Shown here: positions 20,753-31,939 of the stretch, one piece after another
How the letters are laid out: every line of letters starts with the position of its first letter
Numbering within the stretch: the first letter of the stretch is position 1
Virus record (IMG/VR): IMGVR_UViG_3300022561_000002
DNA: 61,570 nt
DNA from: a virus
Taxonomy: Duplodnaviria > Heunggongvirae > Uroviricota > Caudoviricetes
Reading direction: 5' to 3' (one strand)
Notes under the pieces: model-generated
Database searches by the model: none
The model's input: the letters and a program-made list of their open reading frames with translations, nothing else
What the model was told of the DNA's origin: nothing
Made by a program: the position numbers and the translations under genes

Positions 20753-21256
20753 ATGAAATTAGATACATTAGATTTTACAATTCCAACTACAGTTATCAAA
20801 TTGGGTAACGAACAAGTAAGTGTTAGATCCTATCTAACTACAAAAGAGAAAATCGAATTAATTGAAGCAATAAAAATGGAATGTTTTAATACTGACATGA
20901 TAGACCAAGTTAAAATAGATAGTTTATTTAATGCTTTTATTATTTTAAATTACATAGATATAGAATTTGAAGATAGAGACTTAGATAGTTTAATAAAATT
21001 ATATGACTATTTTGAAGTAAAAGGTTATATGACTCTTATTATTAATGCTATCCCTAAGGTTGAATACAATGCATTAAACGGTTATCTACAAGAAACCATT
21101 AATGATTTTAATAAATATAAAGTTTCACTATTAGGAACGATAGAAAGTATTATGGCAATTGCGCCTGCGTTAATGGAGAGAGTTAGTGAGATTTCTAAGG
21201 ATATTAATATTGATGATTTGAAAACCATTGGTAAAATATACTCTGAATTCAAATAA
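20753..21256 (+). CDS. Putative tail assembly chaperone
   Basis: AAGGAG RBS before MKLD; lies between tube and tape measure. Confidence 0.55.
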   Translation: MKLDTLDFTIPTTVIKLGNEQVSVRSYLTTKEKIELIEAIKMECFNTDMIDQVKIDSLFNAFIILNYIDIEFEDRDLDSLIKLYDYFEVKGYMTLIINAIPKVEYNALNGYLQETINDFNKYKVSLLGTIESIMAIAPALMERVSEISKDINIDDLKTIGKIYSEFK

Positions 21257-21263
21257 AAACTAT

Positions 21264-21296
21264 AAGCCTACCATTAATTTGGTAGGCTTTTTTTTT
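21264..21296 (+). terminator. Intrinsic terminator
   Basis: AAGCCTACCA-TTAATT-TGGTAGGCTT plus T-run. Confidence 0.9.
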
Positions 21297-21316
21297 ATGG
21301 GTAAGGAGGAGAGAGT

Positions 21317-21979
21317 ATGGCAGGAAGTGGACTACCATTTGGCCCAAGTAAGTATGATCGTAAAACAGCAAGGGCTTTACTAGGGAAGATACAAAAATAT
21401 AAAATAGGAAATACAGATAGCTTCGGTGATTTAAATGTCCAACAACAAAAAAGCTTATTTATGGAATTAATTAAAGCCTATGAATTTTTATCTGCTGATG
21501 TTAAATATATAATGAGTTTTGCTTATAATAAACCACCTATGACGATATATAAAGTTACTTTAGATAGAAGTAATGTTACAAAATTTATGAAATTAAGTGC
21601 GGTATCCTCAAAAAGAGGTGGAGGATATTCTTTAAGATTTAATCCGCTTACAGAAGAGAAACAAAAGTTAATTGATGATTTTGGAGCTCAGCCTTTTATA
21701 AAAGATGGAATAGAATTAACTAAATCAAAATTTGAACAAATGGTAAAAGATAATAAAGTTAATAAATTTAATAGAGGGGATATAATGGAGAAACTAATTT
21801 GGGAATCTGTTAAAACAGAACCCTGGGTTAAAGATGCAAGTCCTTTCTATGAAAAGGGCGATATTAATATTGACGGAATTGAACATCAGATAAAATATCA
21901 ACGAGCGACTTTTGTAAGTTCTAAAACAATAGACTATAATTTACAGAGAGCCTTTGCTACTAACAAATTTTATAAATAA
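21317..21979 (+). CDS. Hypothetical protein with PD-(D/E)XK-like motif
   Basis: E...GDINIDGIEHQIK. Confidence 0.55.
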   Translation: MAGSGLPFGPSKYDRKTARALLGKIQKYKIGNTDSFGDLNVQQQKSLFMELIKAYEFLSADVKYIMSFAYNKPPMTIYKVTLDRSNVTKFMKLSAVSSKRGGGYSLRFNPLTEEKQKLIDDFGAQPFIKDGIELTKSKFEQMVKDNKVNKFNRGDIMEKLIWESVKTEPWVKDASPFYEKGDINIDGIEHQIKYQRATFVSSKTIDYNLQRAFATNKFYK

Positions 21980-21994
21980 AGGAGGATTTATTTA

Positions 21995-24900
21995 ATGGCA
22001 ACAACAAAATATTTAATAGAGTTAGATTTTCAAGCTAAAAATTTAACTGAAATAACACAACAACTATCTAAAGCTATGGACTTAATAAGCAAAAATGGTC
22101 TTAAACTAGGTTTAGATGAAGCTAGTACCGCTAAATTAAAAGGTGATGTCCAAGCACTTTCCAATTCTATTATGCAAAGTTTTAATAAAAATAATAGTAA
22201 AATAAACTGGAAAGATGTAAACGCTCAATTATATAAATCTGGTGTAAATGCAAAAGCTTTAGAAAATAGTTTAAATAAATTTGGAATAAAGGGACAAGAA
22301 GCTTTTCATAAAATTAGAACATCTGGTTTGAGTTTTGACACTCAAATGAAAGATACAACTAGCCTTTTAAGTAAAATGAGTTTTACTTTAACTAACACTT
22401 TAAGATGGAGAGTATCTAATGCGGCCTTGAATTCATTTGCAGGACAAATACAAAAAGCATATGGGTTTGCAAAACAATTAGACCGTTCATTAACTGATAT
22501 TAGGATTGTTTCTGACTTAACTAATAATCAAGCATTAGACTTTGCTAAAAAGGCAACAGCAGCTTCCAAAGAATTAAGAACTGGAACTATTGACTATACT
22601 AACGCTGCTTTAATATACTTCCAACAAGGTATGGCACAAGTTGACGTAGAAAAAATGACTAAAGCTACAATTATTGGTTCTAATATTACTGGTGAATCTA
22701 GTGAGCAAATGTCTGAACTATTAACTGCAACTATGAACGGATATAGACTATCTGCCGATCAGGCTATGACTGTTACAGATAAGCTGGCCGCAGTTGGTGC
22801 AGCTACTGCCGCAGACTTCTATGAACTAGCGACTGCTATGTCAAAAGTATCATCTATTGCTAGCACTGCAGGTGTAACACTAGATCAATTAAATGGTCAA
22901 ATCGCTACTATTGTTTCAGTAACAAAAGAAGCACCAGAAGCCGTTGGTACATCATTAAAAACTATTTACAGTAGAATGCTTGCTTTCAGAAATGAAAGTA
23001 AAGGCGAAATGATGGAAGACGAAGATGGAGAAATGTTCGGGATCCCTTCTGTTGAAGCCGCTTTAGAAAAATATAATAGAGCAAGTGGGGCAATGATTTC
23101 TTTATTTACTGTTGCTAAAGATGGAACTAAAACATTAAGAAATATGGGAGACGTTGTAGAGGAAATTGGAGATTCATGGGATAATACAACGGATAAAGCC
23201 GCTAAATTTGGTCTAACTACCTCTCTTGCTGGTACTAGACAACAAAATAGATTGATTGCGTTATTTGATTCTTGGGAAATGTATGGAAAAGCAGTTGCTA
23301 CATCGTTAGGAGCTGAAGGAACTTCATTAGAACAAAATGAAATTTATTTACAATCATATGCTGGTACTTTAAAGAAACTACAAGTTACTGCCGAAGAATT
23401 ATTTATGACATTATTAAAGTCTGATGATATGAAAGCTGTAGTTGGAGTTTTAACAAACTTTTTAGAAATTGTTAATAAAATTATTACCTCTTTTGGGGGT
23501 CTACCTACTATATTAGCTGTGGTTGCAGGAATATTAGGTAAAACAATTTTCCAAAAGCCATTATTAGGAATGGCAATGCAAGGGAAAAAATTCCAATATC
23601 CTGAAGGTATGGAAAGTTCTATGGGTAATGACCAAAGAGTTAAAGCCCTTAAAACAACGTTACCTGAACAAGAGTTTGAAAAATTAAAAAAATACTCTAC
23701 AACATTAGATGAAATTCATATTAAATTAAAACAACAAGCAGTAGATATGGAAGCTATAACTTTATTAGAATCTGAAATTGAATCACATATAACTTTAATA
23801 GATGAAAAATTAGAAGGAACCAATCCAAAAAATCTTAAAAAAGGATTACAAGAAACAATTGTAGCCGTCCAAGAGCTAAAAGCTTCACTTGGTTTAAATA
23901 TGACAGCAGCAAATAAGGCAGATATAGAAAAATTTGAAGCTAGTATTAAAAAAATGGTTACAAGCGGGAAATTAGATTTAGAACAATTACAAGAAGAAGC
24001 TCAAAAAGTATTTAAAATATCTAGAAGTGCTATGTTAAAAGGAGCAAAACAAGCAATTCCAGGAGTCCAAGGCAATAACATTGGACAAATGAATATGAAT
24101 ATTAATAGACAAGCTGCTGAGACTGCAGAAGCTAGAGCTAGTATTACAAAATATGGAGAAGAAGCCGATAAGGCTATGCAATCAACCGCAAAATTACAAA
24201 ATACAATAATGAATTCTATGGTGGTGTTTGGCTCTTTGTCAGGGATTGTTTTTGATGAAGGTGTAAAACCCGTAGAAAAATTTAAACAAGCGATTTCTGC
24301 TCTTGGTATGGTATTTATGATGAATACAGACAAAATTGGAAAAGGAATGCAAACAGCGTTTGCAGGTAATAATTCAATGGGATCTATATTGGGGAGACTA
24401 GATAAAGACTTAACCAAAATCAGTGTTAAAAGCGATCTTTTCAATCATAATTTACAAACCACAAATAAACTAGCTAAAGGAACTATGATGAGTTTCAATG
24501 GGTTAGGAACAGGACTTAAGTCTTTAGGATCTGTTGGTGGCACGGCACTTACAATTCTTTCAACTGGAGTTAAGGGTTTAGCAGCTAGTTTAATACCTTT
24601 ATTACTTGAGTTAGCGCCAATTATAATTGCCTTTGCGGCGATCGCTGGGGTTATGAAGCTTATTGATGTAATGGTTGTTACAAATAAGGAATTAGCTGAA
24701 AGCTTTACTGCGGCCAAGAGTGCGGCTGCTGAAGCGCAAGGTTTATATGATTCTATTGATAGCGAGTTACTTTCTATAACAGATAGAGTTAAAGAACTAA
24801 ATGGAATTTCTAATAGGACGGATGATCAAGAGGATGAATTAGCACTTCTTAAAGAAAAGACGGCAGAACTAGAAGCTCAATTAAGAACTGAAAAATTAAT

Positions 24901-27583
24901 TACCGATGAAAAGAATAAAGCCCTATCTGAAGCTGCGGCTAATAAAGCAACAGACACTACAATTGCATCTAAATATAAAACTACTGGAGTAAGTGGAACT
25001 GGCGGAACTGGAATGGCTGTTACGGCATCTCAAGTTACCGAACAAGATGAATTAAAATTAGCAATAAAAAAATGGAAAGAATTTTCAAAAGCGAAAAAAG
25101 AAGCAATTGAAGATGGAGCAAAAGCTAGAATTGATGGTGATAAAGGCGCTGCGGCAGAAAGTGATGCTCTTGTTCTAAAATTAACTAAAGATATGTCTGA
25201 AGTACAGGGATATGCGGCAACCCTAAGTAAGTCTGTTAGGGATAACGCTGCTGCTATTGACGATAGTGATCTTGCTTATGCAGATTTAGATAATGATTTA
25301 GAAAGTACCATTAAACTATATGATGAAATGACGGCAAGTGTTTTAGGTATAACATTAAATACAGCTGATAGTTCCGAAGTTATAGATTTAATAACTGTAA
25401 AATATAATAATTTAAGTGATGCTTATAAAAATGGAATAATTAGTTTATCAGAATATTCTGCAGGAGTAGCAGATTTAGATGAAATGTATAAATCATATAG
25501 TTCTACTATTGATGATTTAGCCAAAGTTTCAGAGTATTTAGTGACAATACAGGATAAAGTAGCTAAAAAAGAAGCTTTAACCAAAGAAGAAATGCAATCA
25601 TTAATTGCTGTATATCCTGAACTAACTAGTGCGATAATAGCGAATGGGGATGGCTATAACGTCGAATCAAGCGCTTTAGACTTAGTTATGGAAAGTGTAA
25701 ATAATTTAAGAGATGCGACTATAGCAGCTGAAAATGCTAAAAATGTAATAATCTCTCAAGGGGTTGATACGAGAATCGGTTTTGCAATATCTGAACTAGA
25801 AATGGTTAATACTTTAAATGAAGCGTATAGTATATTAACTGGTAAAGGTATTAAAGAAGTCCAAATCGGAAACGTTAGACAAAAAATGGCTGCTGGCTGG
25901 AAAATGAATGAAGATCCTTTGGGTAATGCCGCTTATAGCGAAGCAGATATAGCTAAAGCCTTAAAAGGCGCTGACACGATGGTTCGATTAAATAAATTAA
26001 GAGAACAAATTAAAGTAGACGCGAGCAAAATTCCAAATCCTTCAGCGAAAAAAGAGAAAAAAGAAGAAGATGCATGGCTAGAGGCTTTTAATCTTCAATA
26101 TGCAACTCTTCAACATAATCTTGCAATGGGTTTAATTGACGAAGAGCAATATTATAAAGCATTAGAAATACTACACGCTAAATATTTTAAAGGTAAAGCT
26201 AAATATTTAGAAGAAGATAGACAATATCAAGAAGAAGTATTTTTAGGGCTTTTAGCATTCTATGAAGATCAATATGCAAAAAGATTAGAGTTATCAAAAG
26301 CATGGATAGATAAAAAGAAATTTTATAATAATTTAAGTGATGAAGAAGAGATTGCCGCTTATAAGAGAATACAAACTTATACAGAAGATTATTATAAACA
26401 AGGGAAAATAAGTTATGAAACTTATGCGGCTTCAATAGAAGAAATTAGCCAAACTTTATATACGAAACAAAAAGATTTTGCTAAAAAGCTATTAGAAGAA
26501 CAAGCTAAATTATATGAAACACAAAAAGATGATTTAGAGACTCTTGTTGGAGCAGTTGAATCTTTTGCTGATAAAAAAATTAAAGCATTAGAAGAAGAAA
26601 AACAATTACTTGAGGATGGTAATAAAGCAATAGAAGAAAAAATTGCGTTAGAACAACTTCAAGAGAATTTAACTAATGCTCGTCTTCAAAGAACTAAACG
26701 AGTTTATCATGCAGACCAAGGTTGGGTTTGGGAAGCCGATCAAGAGGCAATTACTACAGCTCAAAAAGCTCTTGACGAATTTAACTTCAATGCACAGTTA
26801 GACTTAATTGATGCACAAATTAATAAATGGGAAGATTATAAAACTCAATGGGGAACTGTTGTAGATAGCTATCAAGAAAAGCAAAATGAGTTAATGTTAG
26901 CTCAGCAACTTGGCGCAGATTGGGAAAGTCAGTTATTAGCACAAAGAACTGAAAAGATAGTTTCTTTTAGAGATATGTATATCAAGGCTATAGAAGACAT
27001 CGCCGCAGTTGAACTAGAAATTGATAGTTTTGAAGAAAATTACAAACAAGCGACCAAGGCTAGTTCTACTTCTGCTAAATCTACTAAAACAGTTAGTTAT
27101 GGTGGAGCAACTGCATCTATTGATATGGATTTTAAAGCAGAGATGAATGCGGCCGTTAAAAACGGAGATAAAAATGCGGCAGCCACTAATGAAGGTTTAA
27201 GAAATGCTAAACTAGACCAGCTTGGTAGAAGCTCTGAAAAGACTTATGATTTTATTGAGAAGTATTCTACTGGAGGAGTAAATAAGACTACTGGTCTTGC
27301 AGAACTTCATGGAGTATCAAGTTCAGTTGAAACAATCTTTAATGCTACTGATGGTAAAAAGTTATTTGACTTTGTAAATAAGATACCTAATATATCTTCT
27401 TATGTAGCTGATCAAATCAGTAAGTCGTTCCAATCAAATTACTTTAATCAGATAACTCCAAATGACACTAATAATAGAGAATCAACTTTGAGGATTGATA
27501 GTATGAACGTTTATACTACTGATGCAAAAGATTTTATGAAACAAATGAAGAACTTAGTAGCCATTACGGGAAATAATGGCTAA
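21995..27583 (+). CDS. Tape measure protein
   Basis: 1862 aa, helical, TP901-like core (DKLAAVGAATAAD, EAVGTSLKTI). Confidence 0.92.
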   Translation: MATTKYLIELDFQAKNLTEITQQLSKAMDLISKNGLKLGLDEASTAKLKGDVQALSNSIMQSFNKNNSKINWKDVNAQLYKSGVNAKALENSLNKFGIKGQEAFHKIRTSGLSFDTQMKDTTSLLSKMSFTLTNTLRWRVSNAALNSFAGQIQKAYGFAKQLDRSLTDIRIVSDLTNNQALDFAKKATAASKELRTGTIDYTNAALIYFQQGMAQVDVEKMTKATIIGSNITGESSEQMSELLTATMNGYRLSADQAMTVTDKLAAVGAATAADFYELATAMSKVSSIASTAGVTLDQLNGQIATIVSVTKEAPEAVGTSLKTIYSRMLAFRNESKGEMMEDEDGEMFGIPSVEAALEKYNRASGAMISLFTVAKDGTKTLRNMGDVVEEIGDSWDNTTDKAAKFGLTTSLAGTRQQNRLIALFDSWEMYGKAVATSLGAEGTSLEQNEIYLQSYAGTLKKLQVTAEELFMTLLKSDDMKAVVGVLTNFLEIVNKIITSFGGLPTILAVVAGILGKTIFQKPLLGMAMQGKKFQYPEGMESSMGNDQRVKALKTTLPEQEFEKLKKYSTTLDEIHIKLKQQAVDMEAITLLESEIESHITLIDEKLEGTNPKNLKKGLQETIVAVQELKASLGLNMTAANKADIEKFEASIKKMVTSGKLDLEQLQEEAQKVFKISRSAMLKGAKQAIPGVQGNNIGQMNMNINRQAAETAEARASITKYGEEADKAMQSTAKLQNTIMNSMVVFGSLSGIVFDEGVKPVEKFKQAISALGMVFMMNTDKIGKGMQTAFAGNNSMGSILGRLDKDLTKISVKSDLFNHNLQTTNKLAKGTMMSFNGLGTGLKSLGSVGGTALTILSTGVKGLAASLIPLLLELAPIIIAFAAIAGVMKLIDVMVVTNKELAESFTAAKSAAAEAQGLYDSIDSELLSITDRVKELNGISNRTDDQEDELALLKEKTAELEAQLRTEKLITDEKNKALSEAAANKATDTTIASKYKTTGVSGTGGTGMAVTASQVTEQDELKLAIKKWKEFSKAKKEAIEDGAKARIDGDKGAAAESDALVLKLTKDMSEVQGYAATLSKSVRDNAAAIDDSDLAYADLDNDLESTIKLYDEMTASVLGITLNTADSSEVIDLITVKYNNLSDAYKNGIISLSEYSAGVADLDEMYKSYSSTIDDLAKVSEYLVTIQDKVAKKEALTKEEMQSLIAVYPELTSAIIANGDGYNVESSALDLVMESVNNLRDATIAAENAKNVIISQGVDTRIGFAISELEMVNTLNEAYSILTGKGIKEVQIGNVRQKMAAGWKMNEDPLGNAAYSEADIAKALKGADTMVRLNKLREQIKVDASKIPNPSAKKEKKEEDAWLEAFNLQYATLQHNLAMGLIDEEQYYKALEILHAKYFKGKAKYLEEDRQYQEEVFLGLLAFYEDQYAKRLELSKAWIDKKKFYNNLSDEEEIAAYKRIQTYTEDYYKQGKISYETYAASIEEISQTLYTKQKDFAKKLLEEQAKLYETQKDDLETLVGAVESFADKKIKALEEEKQLLEDGNKAIEEKIALEQLQENLTNARLQRTKRVYHADQGWVWEADQEAITTAQKALDEFNFNAQLDLIDAQINKWEDYKTQWGTVVDSYQEKQNELMLAQQLGADWESQLLAQRTEKIVSFRDMYIKAIEDIAAVELEIDSFEENYKQATKASSTSAKSTKTVSYGGATASIDMDFKAEMNAAVKNGDKNAAATNEGLRNAKLDQLGRSSEKTYDFIEKYSTGGVNKTTGLAELHGVSSSVETIFNATDGKKLFDFVNKIPNISSYVADQISKSFQSNYFNQITPNDTNNRESTLRIDSMNVYTTDAKDFMKQMKNLVAITGNNG

Positions 27584-27618
27584 TTTATTATATTATGAAT
27601 TAAGAGGAGGTGAAGCTT

Positions 27619-29130
27619 ATGATATTTAAGCCAAGTTATACAGTTCCATATTTAACTTCTATTGATAGTACTTTAGAAAATATTTTTTCTTGTCATATTA
27701 ATTCAGAAGGTGGAACGACAGTAGATAAATATAGTTTTTATATAAAAGATTTAAATGGGGACAATATTTATTCAGTAGAAGATCAAACTTTATCTCCTGT
27801 TAAATATAATAGTGACATATTAGAAATTACGGTACCTAATAGTACTGCTATGATAAACGGTACTGATTATATATGGAGTGTAAGATTATATGAGTCTTCA
27901 AGTTCCATGTGGGTAACATATGGAGTAACACAGACTGGAAGTACAAGTAGTTCTATTAAAATACGAAATCATTACAATGTTGAATCTGATATGTATATTA
28001 AAATTGGTAATGAAACTAGGAAAATATCAACTTACGTTCAAGCTACAGGGGTTGCTACTTTAGTAACTCCTTTTTCAATAGCTCCTATTGCGGGAGTTGA
28101 TTATACTATATATTCAGACTTTATTGATAGTGAAGAAGTATATTTCAAAGCTAGGACAACTCCAGTTATAGCTATTACTAATTATATTGATACGATAATA
28201 AGTAAACAATATAATTTTCTTGGTAGTTATACACAAAGCGAAGGAGTTGGTTGGAAATATTATAAATGGAATTTATATAACTCCAGTGATGTTTTAGTGG
28301 CGACTAGTGGAACTGAAAGTTCGGGAGAAATTAATTTTAATTTTGACGGACTTTTAAAAGATACAAACTATAAAATAGAGTTAATTATAGAAAACCAAGA
28401 AGGAATTATTATTTCTAGCGGTAAACAATCTTTTGATGTAGTTTACGCAGAAACTAAATTATTAACAAAACCTGGTTTAGAATTATTAACAGATAAAAAT
28501 GCTATAAAGGTATATTGGGAACAGCCATTTGTAAACTTAAATGAAGTAACTGGTGTTGATTTACCTTATTATGATTATTTAGATAATGAACCTTTTATCG
28601 GGACTCAATCTATAAATATGCATATTGGAAGTGAGTTGGTGTATAATATTTCAACTCCTGAAGGAATTGAATTAATTCCATACCAATCTACGACATTTTT
28701 ACATGTTAAATTTCCAGTTGGGTTTGAAGGAGATATAATTAGGTTAGAAAATACTGATGATGGTAGTTATTATTCTTTAAGATATATAGATGGAAGTTTT
28801 CTATTTGATATTAATGGAAGATATGTTGGTTATATTGAAGTACAACCTCCGTCTGGAACTTGGTTATTAACTAATAATTATAACGCAGGCATTAGATATA
28901 TATGGGATGATAATGCGGTATGGGAAGGAAGCTATGTTTGGGGAGAACAAACTGAAGATATCCTTTCAGACAATTGGTGGAAGTTTACTTTATTACCAAC
29001 TAATTTATTATTAACAATAGTTCCGATATATCATGAAAATGCTTTTAATCCAATTGGGTTTGAGTCACCATATAGTACTAGACTGTATGCAGATTATAAG
29101 TTAATTAATACAGATGTATTATATAATTAA
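27619..29130 (+). CDS. Baseplate/distal tail protein
   Basis: Beta-rich, FN3-like segments, follows tape measure; ATG after GGAGG. Confidence 0.55.
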   Translation: MIFKPSYTVPYLTSIDSTLENIFSCHINSEGGTTVDKYSFYIKDLNGDNIYSVEDQTLSPVKYNSDILEITVPNSTAMINGTDYIWSVRLYESSSSMWVTYGVTQTGSTSSSIKIRNHYNVESDMYIKIGNETRKISTYVQATGVATLVTPFSIAPIAGVDYTIYSDFIDSEEVYFKARTTPVIAITNYIDTIISKQYNFLGSYTQSEGVGWKYYKWNLYNSSDVLVATSGTESSGEINFNFDGLLKDTNYKIELIIENQEGIIISSGKQSFDVVYAETKLLTKPGLELLTDKNAIKVYWEQPFVNLNEVTGVDLPYYDYLDNEPFIGTQSINMHIGSELVYNISTPEGIELIPYQSTTFLHVKFPVGFEGDIIRLENTDDGSYYSLRYIDGSFLFDINGRYVGYIEVQPPSGTWLLTNNYNAGIRYIWDDNAVWEGSYVWGEQTEDILSDNWWKFTLLPTNLLLTIVPIYHENAFNPIGFESPYSTRLYADYKLINTDVLYN

Positions 29131-29145
29131 AAGGAGGAAATATAA

Positions 29146-30630
29146 ATGGCAATAATTTTTGACCAAATAATAGCAGGAGATCCACCTACTGGTGGAGATA
29201 GTGGAGCAGAATTTGCTCTTAAAATAAACGATAATTTTGATAAAGTGAATGGTGGACTTGATACAATTCCAACAGATTCTACTCAAATTCTATTATCAAA
29301 TACAACACAAGATTTATATGGTTTTGACAACGTTGATGAAGCTCTATATTCAAATATTCCATTATCTTCATATATGAATTTTGCAGGAAATGTCAATATC
29401 AATTCAAATTATTCTGCTTTTATTCCATGTAAATCGGATACATATGACTCTAAAAGATTATTTTTAGGCTATCAAATTGCAAAATATTTAAGGGATTTCA
29501 TAACGGATATAACGCTTACAGATAATGAATTTAATTTATTATCTACTAAAAATACATGGTGGGATATATGTTCAGATTTATCTACAAGAAATATACTTAG
29601 TAGAAGTACTTCATTTGTTTCTAAAATAAATAGTGTACCATTTGCAAAGTTTGTATATGAAACCGGAATAAATACTTTATCTGAATTTGTAGATCTTGTA
29701 AATTATAAATTTACTAAAAGCTTTACAACTATTGGACAGATACAAAGTGATGCTACAACAATGACTTTAATATTAAATGACTCTGAAACATCCGCCTACA
29801 TAAGTTGGAATCCAATTATTGCGGAATCCTTTTTCGGGGCTAGTGGTGAAAAAGTTGGTATATATAGAGGATCTGGTTCCATTTCTACAACTGGAAAATC
29901 AGTTATTAATGCTATACTTATTTCTAATGGTGGAGCGAGTATTGGTAATATAAAGTGCGAATCTTTTGTTGGAAATATAGGAAATGTATCATATTCCACA
30001 GGTGCACCTACAACTTTTGGTGCATTATCAACTGCTATAGGGGCAGCCATAAGCAATTCAAATTGTTCTGTATTAGGCAGAGCTAATAATGGTGCGGCTG
30101 GAGGCGCTGTTGGAGGTACCTACAAAGGCGGTGGAGGCGGTGGTGGTGGCGGTGGCTACGGTGCTGCTAATGGTTCTAATGGTGGATACACTACTGGAGG
30201 AGCTGGAGGAGCTGGAGGAGCTGGATATGGAGCTGGCGCTGGTGGAGGCTCAGGCGGAGGAGATAATTATGCGGGCGCTTCTGGTGGAGGTGGAGCAGGA
30301 GGTAACGGCTCTATGTTTATTGGCGTCTCTGGAGTTGGCGGTGCAGGAGCCGGTGGAGTAGCTGGTTCTGGTAATGGAGCTGTTGCATCAAATATATCAA
30401 CAAATGGCTCTATTGTAAATTATTCAGATGCATATATAAATCAATTATTATATAGAAATGCCGCTAATAATCTTGATAATATTCTATATGTTAAAATATT
30501 AGCATCTGGTATATTAGGTGGCGCAAACGGTGGTACTGGAGGTAATGGAGACAAAGGAACCACTACATATGGTGCTGCTGGCGGGATTGGCGCTGCAGCT
30601 GGAACTAATGGAGTATTGATAGTATTTTAA
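29146..30630 (+). CDS. Glycine-rich tail-associated protein (paralogue of 50424-51620)
   Basis: GGxGG-rich C-terminus; SYMNFAGNVNIN motif. Confidence 0.65.
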   Translation: MAIIFDQIIAGDPPTGGDSGAEFALKINDNFDKVNGGLDTIPTDSTQILLSNTTQDLYGFDNVDEALYSNIPLSSYMNFAGNVNINSNYSAFIPCKSDTYDSKRLFLGYQIAKYLRDFITDITLTDNEFNLLSTKNTWWDICSDLSTRNILSRSTSFVSKINSVPFAKFVYETGINTLSEFVDLVNYKFTKSFTTIGQIQSDATTMTLILNDSETSAYISWNPIIAESFFGASGEKVGIYRGSGSISTTGKSVINAILISNGGASIGNIKCESFVGNIGNVSYSTGAPTTFGALSTAIGAAISNSNCSVLGRANNGAAGGAVGGTYKGGGGGGGGGGYGAANGSNGGYTTGGAGGAGGAGYGAGAGGGSGGGDNYAGASGGGGAGGNGSMFIGVSGVGGAGAGGVAGSGNGAVASNISTNGSIVNYSDAYINQLLYRNAANNLDNILYVKILASGILGGANGGTGGNGDKGTTTYGAAGGIGAAAGTNGVLIVF

Positions 30631-30659
30631 AATTTTTTTTATAGGAAGGAGGTGGATTT

Positions 30660-30986
30660 TTGATAAGGTTAGAATCAACAGAGATAGAAACTATCTATCT
30701 ACAAGAAGACCCTATTATAAAAGTTTTTTTAGGAGAAATTTTAATTAAAGACTTTTCAGAGTTAATAGAAAAATGGCTTTTGACAAACGAAAATCCATCT
30801 CCATATATTACTTATGTTTGGGAAGATGATAAATCTTGGGATGATACTAAGTTTTGGACTCAAGGAAACCCAATTATTTATAGTATGTTTAAGAACGATC
30901 CAACTGAACACTATAGAGATGGATATGACAATACTGCTTTATTTAATGATTATAAATTATTAAATACAGATAAGTTATTTAAATAA
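30660..30986 (+). CDS. Small tail protein echoing the C-terminus of 27619-29130
   Basis: WLLTN..YVWED..W..W and DYKLLNTD motifs. Confidence 0.55.
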   Translation: MIRLESTEIETIYLQEDPIIKVFLGEILIKDFSELIEKWLLTNENPSPYITYVWEDDKSWDDTKFWTQGNPIIYSMFKNDPTEHYRDGYDNTALFNDYKLLNTDKLFK

Positions 30987-31005
30987 TAGAAAGGAGGGCT
31001 AACTA

Positions 31006-31905
31006 TTGTCTAATGATTACATGGGAATAGTAACAACAAATCTATCATCTCCAGTGCCAACTGGTTATGATAAAGTGACTTTATTTGAAAATCAATATAT
31101 TGATTATCTTTGGACTATTAATAAAGTCGCTAATAATACAATGATTCAGAATGTACGATTATACAACTATAAACCAGTTTGGTCAAGTGATACAGTTTTA
31201 TTGGCCAATTTTGATGGCGATTTAGGAGCGGGTAGCGTTCAAACTTTAAACGATAGTATCATCTTATGGAGTATATATAGGAAAAAAACAAATGAAACAA
31301 TATTAAACTTTGTGGCAAAAATTGATAGTATAAATAATTTTATTATTGACTATAATGTTTCTAATCAAACAGAGTATGAGTATTATGTTTTTCCGGAAAC
31401 TGCGACTACTGTTGGAGAAGCTATGATATCAGATGTGCTAACTACTAATTGGTGGAGTTGGTCTCTAACTGGTATTTACGAGTCTGATATAAATAATTTA
31501 TATTATGTAGATATAAATAATATATGGATTTTTGATATGAATATTAATTCAGGTTCTATGACACAAAATATAAACAAACAATCTTATCAAGGGTTTAGTA
31601 AATTTCCTAAAATAAGCTCTGGCGAAAAAAATTATCTATCAGGTCAATTGAATTGCCTAATAGGTAAAATAGAAAATGATCTTTATATCGACACCATAGA
31701 AATGCAAAAATCTTTTATTGACTTTGTACAAAGTGGAAGTCAAAAAATATTAAAAGATAGAAAAGGAAATATCTTTATAGTAGATACAACAGAAAATACT
31801 TTAGAGGTGATGGATAATATAAAAGAACAAGTGGTATCAGTAACATTTAATTGGACACAGATAGGTAGCACAGAAGAGATTTCTATAATAGAGGAAATTG
31901 TATAA
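31006..31905 (+). CDS. Baseplate/tail protein
   Basis: Position; DYNV...EYEYYV FN3-like motif; LKDRKGNI. Confidence 0.55.
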   Translation: MSNDYMGIVTTNLSSPVPTGYDKVTLFENQYIDYLWTINKVANNTMIQNVRLYNYKPVWSSDTVLLANFDGDLGAGSVQTLNDSIILWSIYRKKTNETILNFVAKIDSINNFIIDYNVSNQTEYEYYVFPETATTVGEAMISDVLTTNWWSWSLTGIYESDINNLYYVDINNIWIFDMNINSGSMTQNINKQSYQGFSKFPKISSGEKNYLSGQLNCLIGKIENDLYIDTIEMQKSFIDFVQSGSQKILKDRKGNIFIVDTTENTLEVMDNIKEQVVSVTFNWTQIGSTEEISIIEEIV

Positions 31906-31939
31906 TTATAGATAGAATAAGAGAAAGGAGGTATATTTT

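Noticed and set aside
20753-21316. Tail-chaperone -1 frameshift
   Set aside because: No convincing slippery site, and a terminator follows the stop.
24001-24717. Antisense ORFs in the tape measure gene
   Set aside because: Shadow frames with no RBS; the same applies to the other short internal track ORFs.
29796-30361. Overlapping ORFs 29796-30056 (-) and 30089-30361 (+)
   Set aside because: By-products of Gly codon runs.
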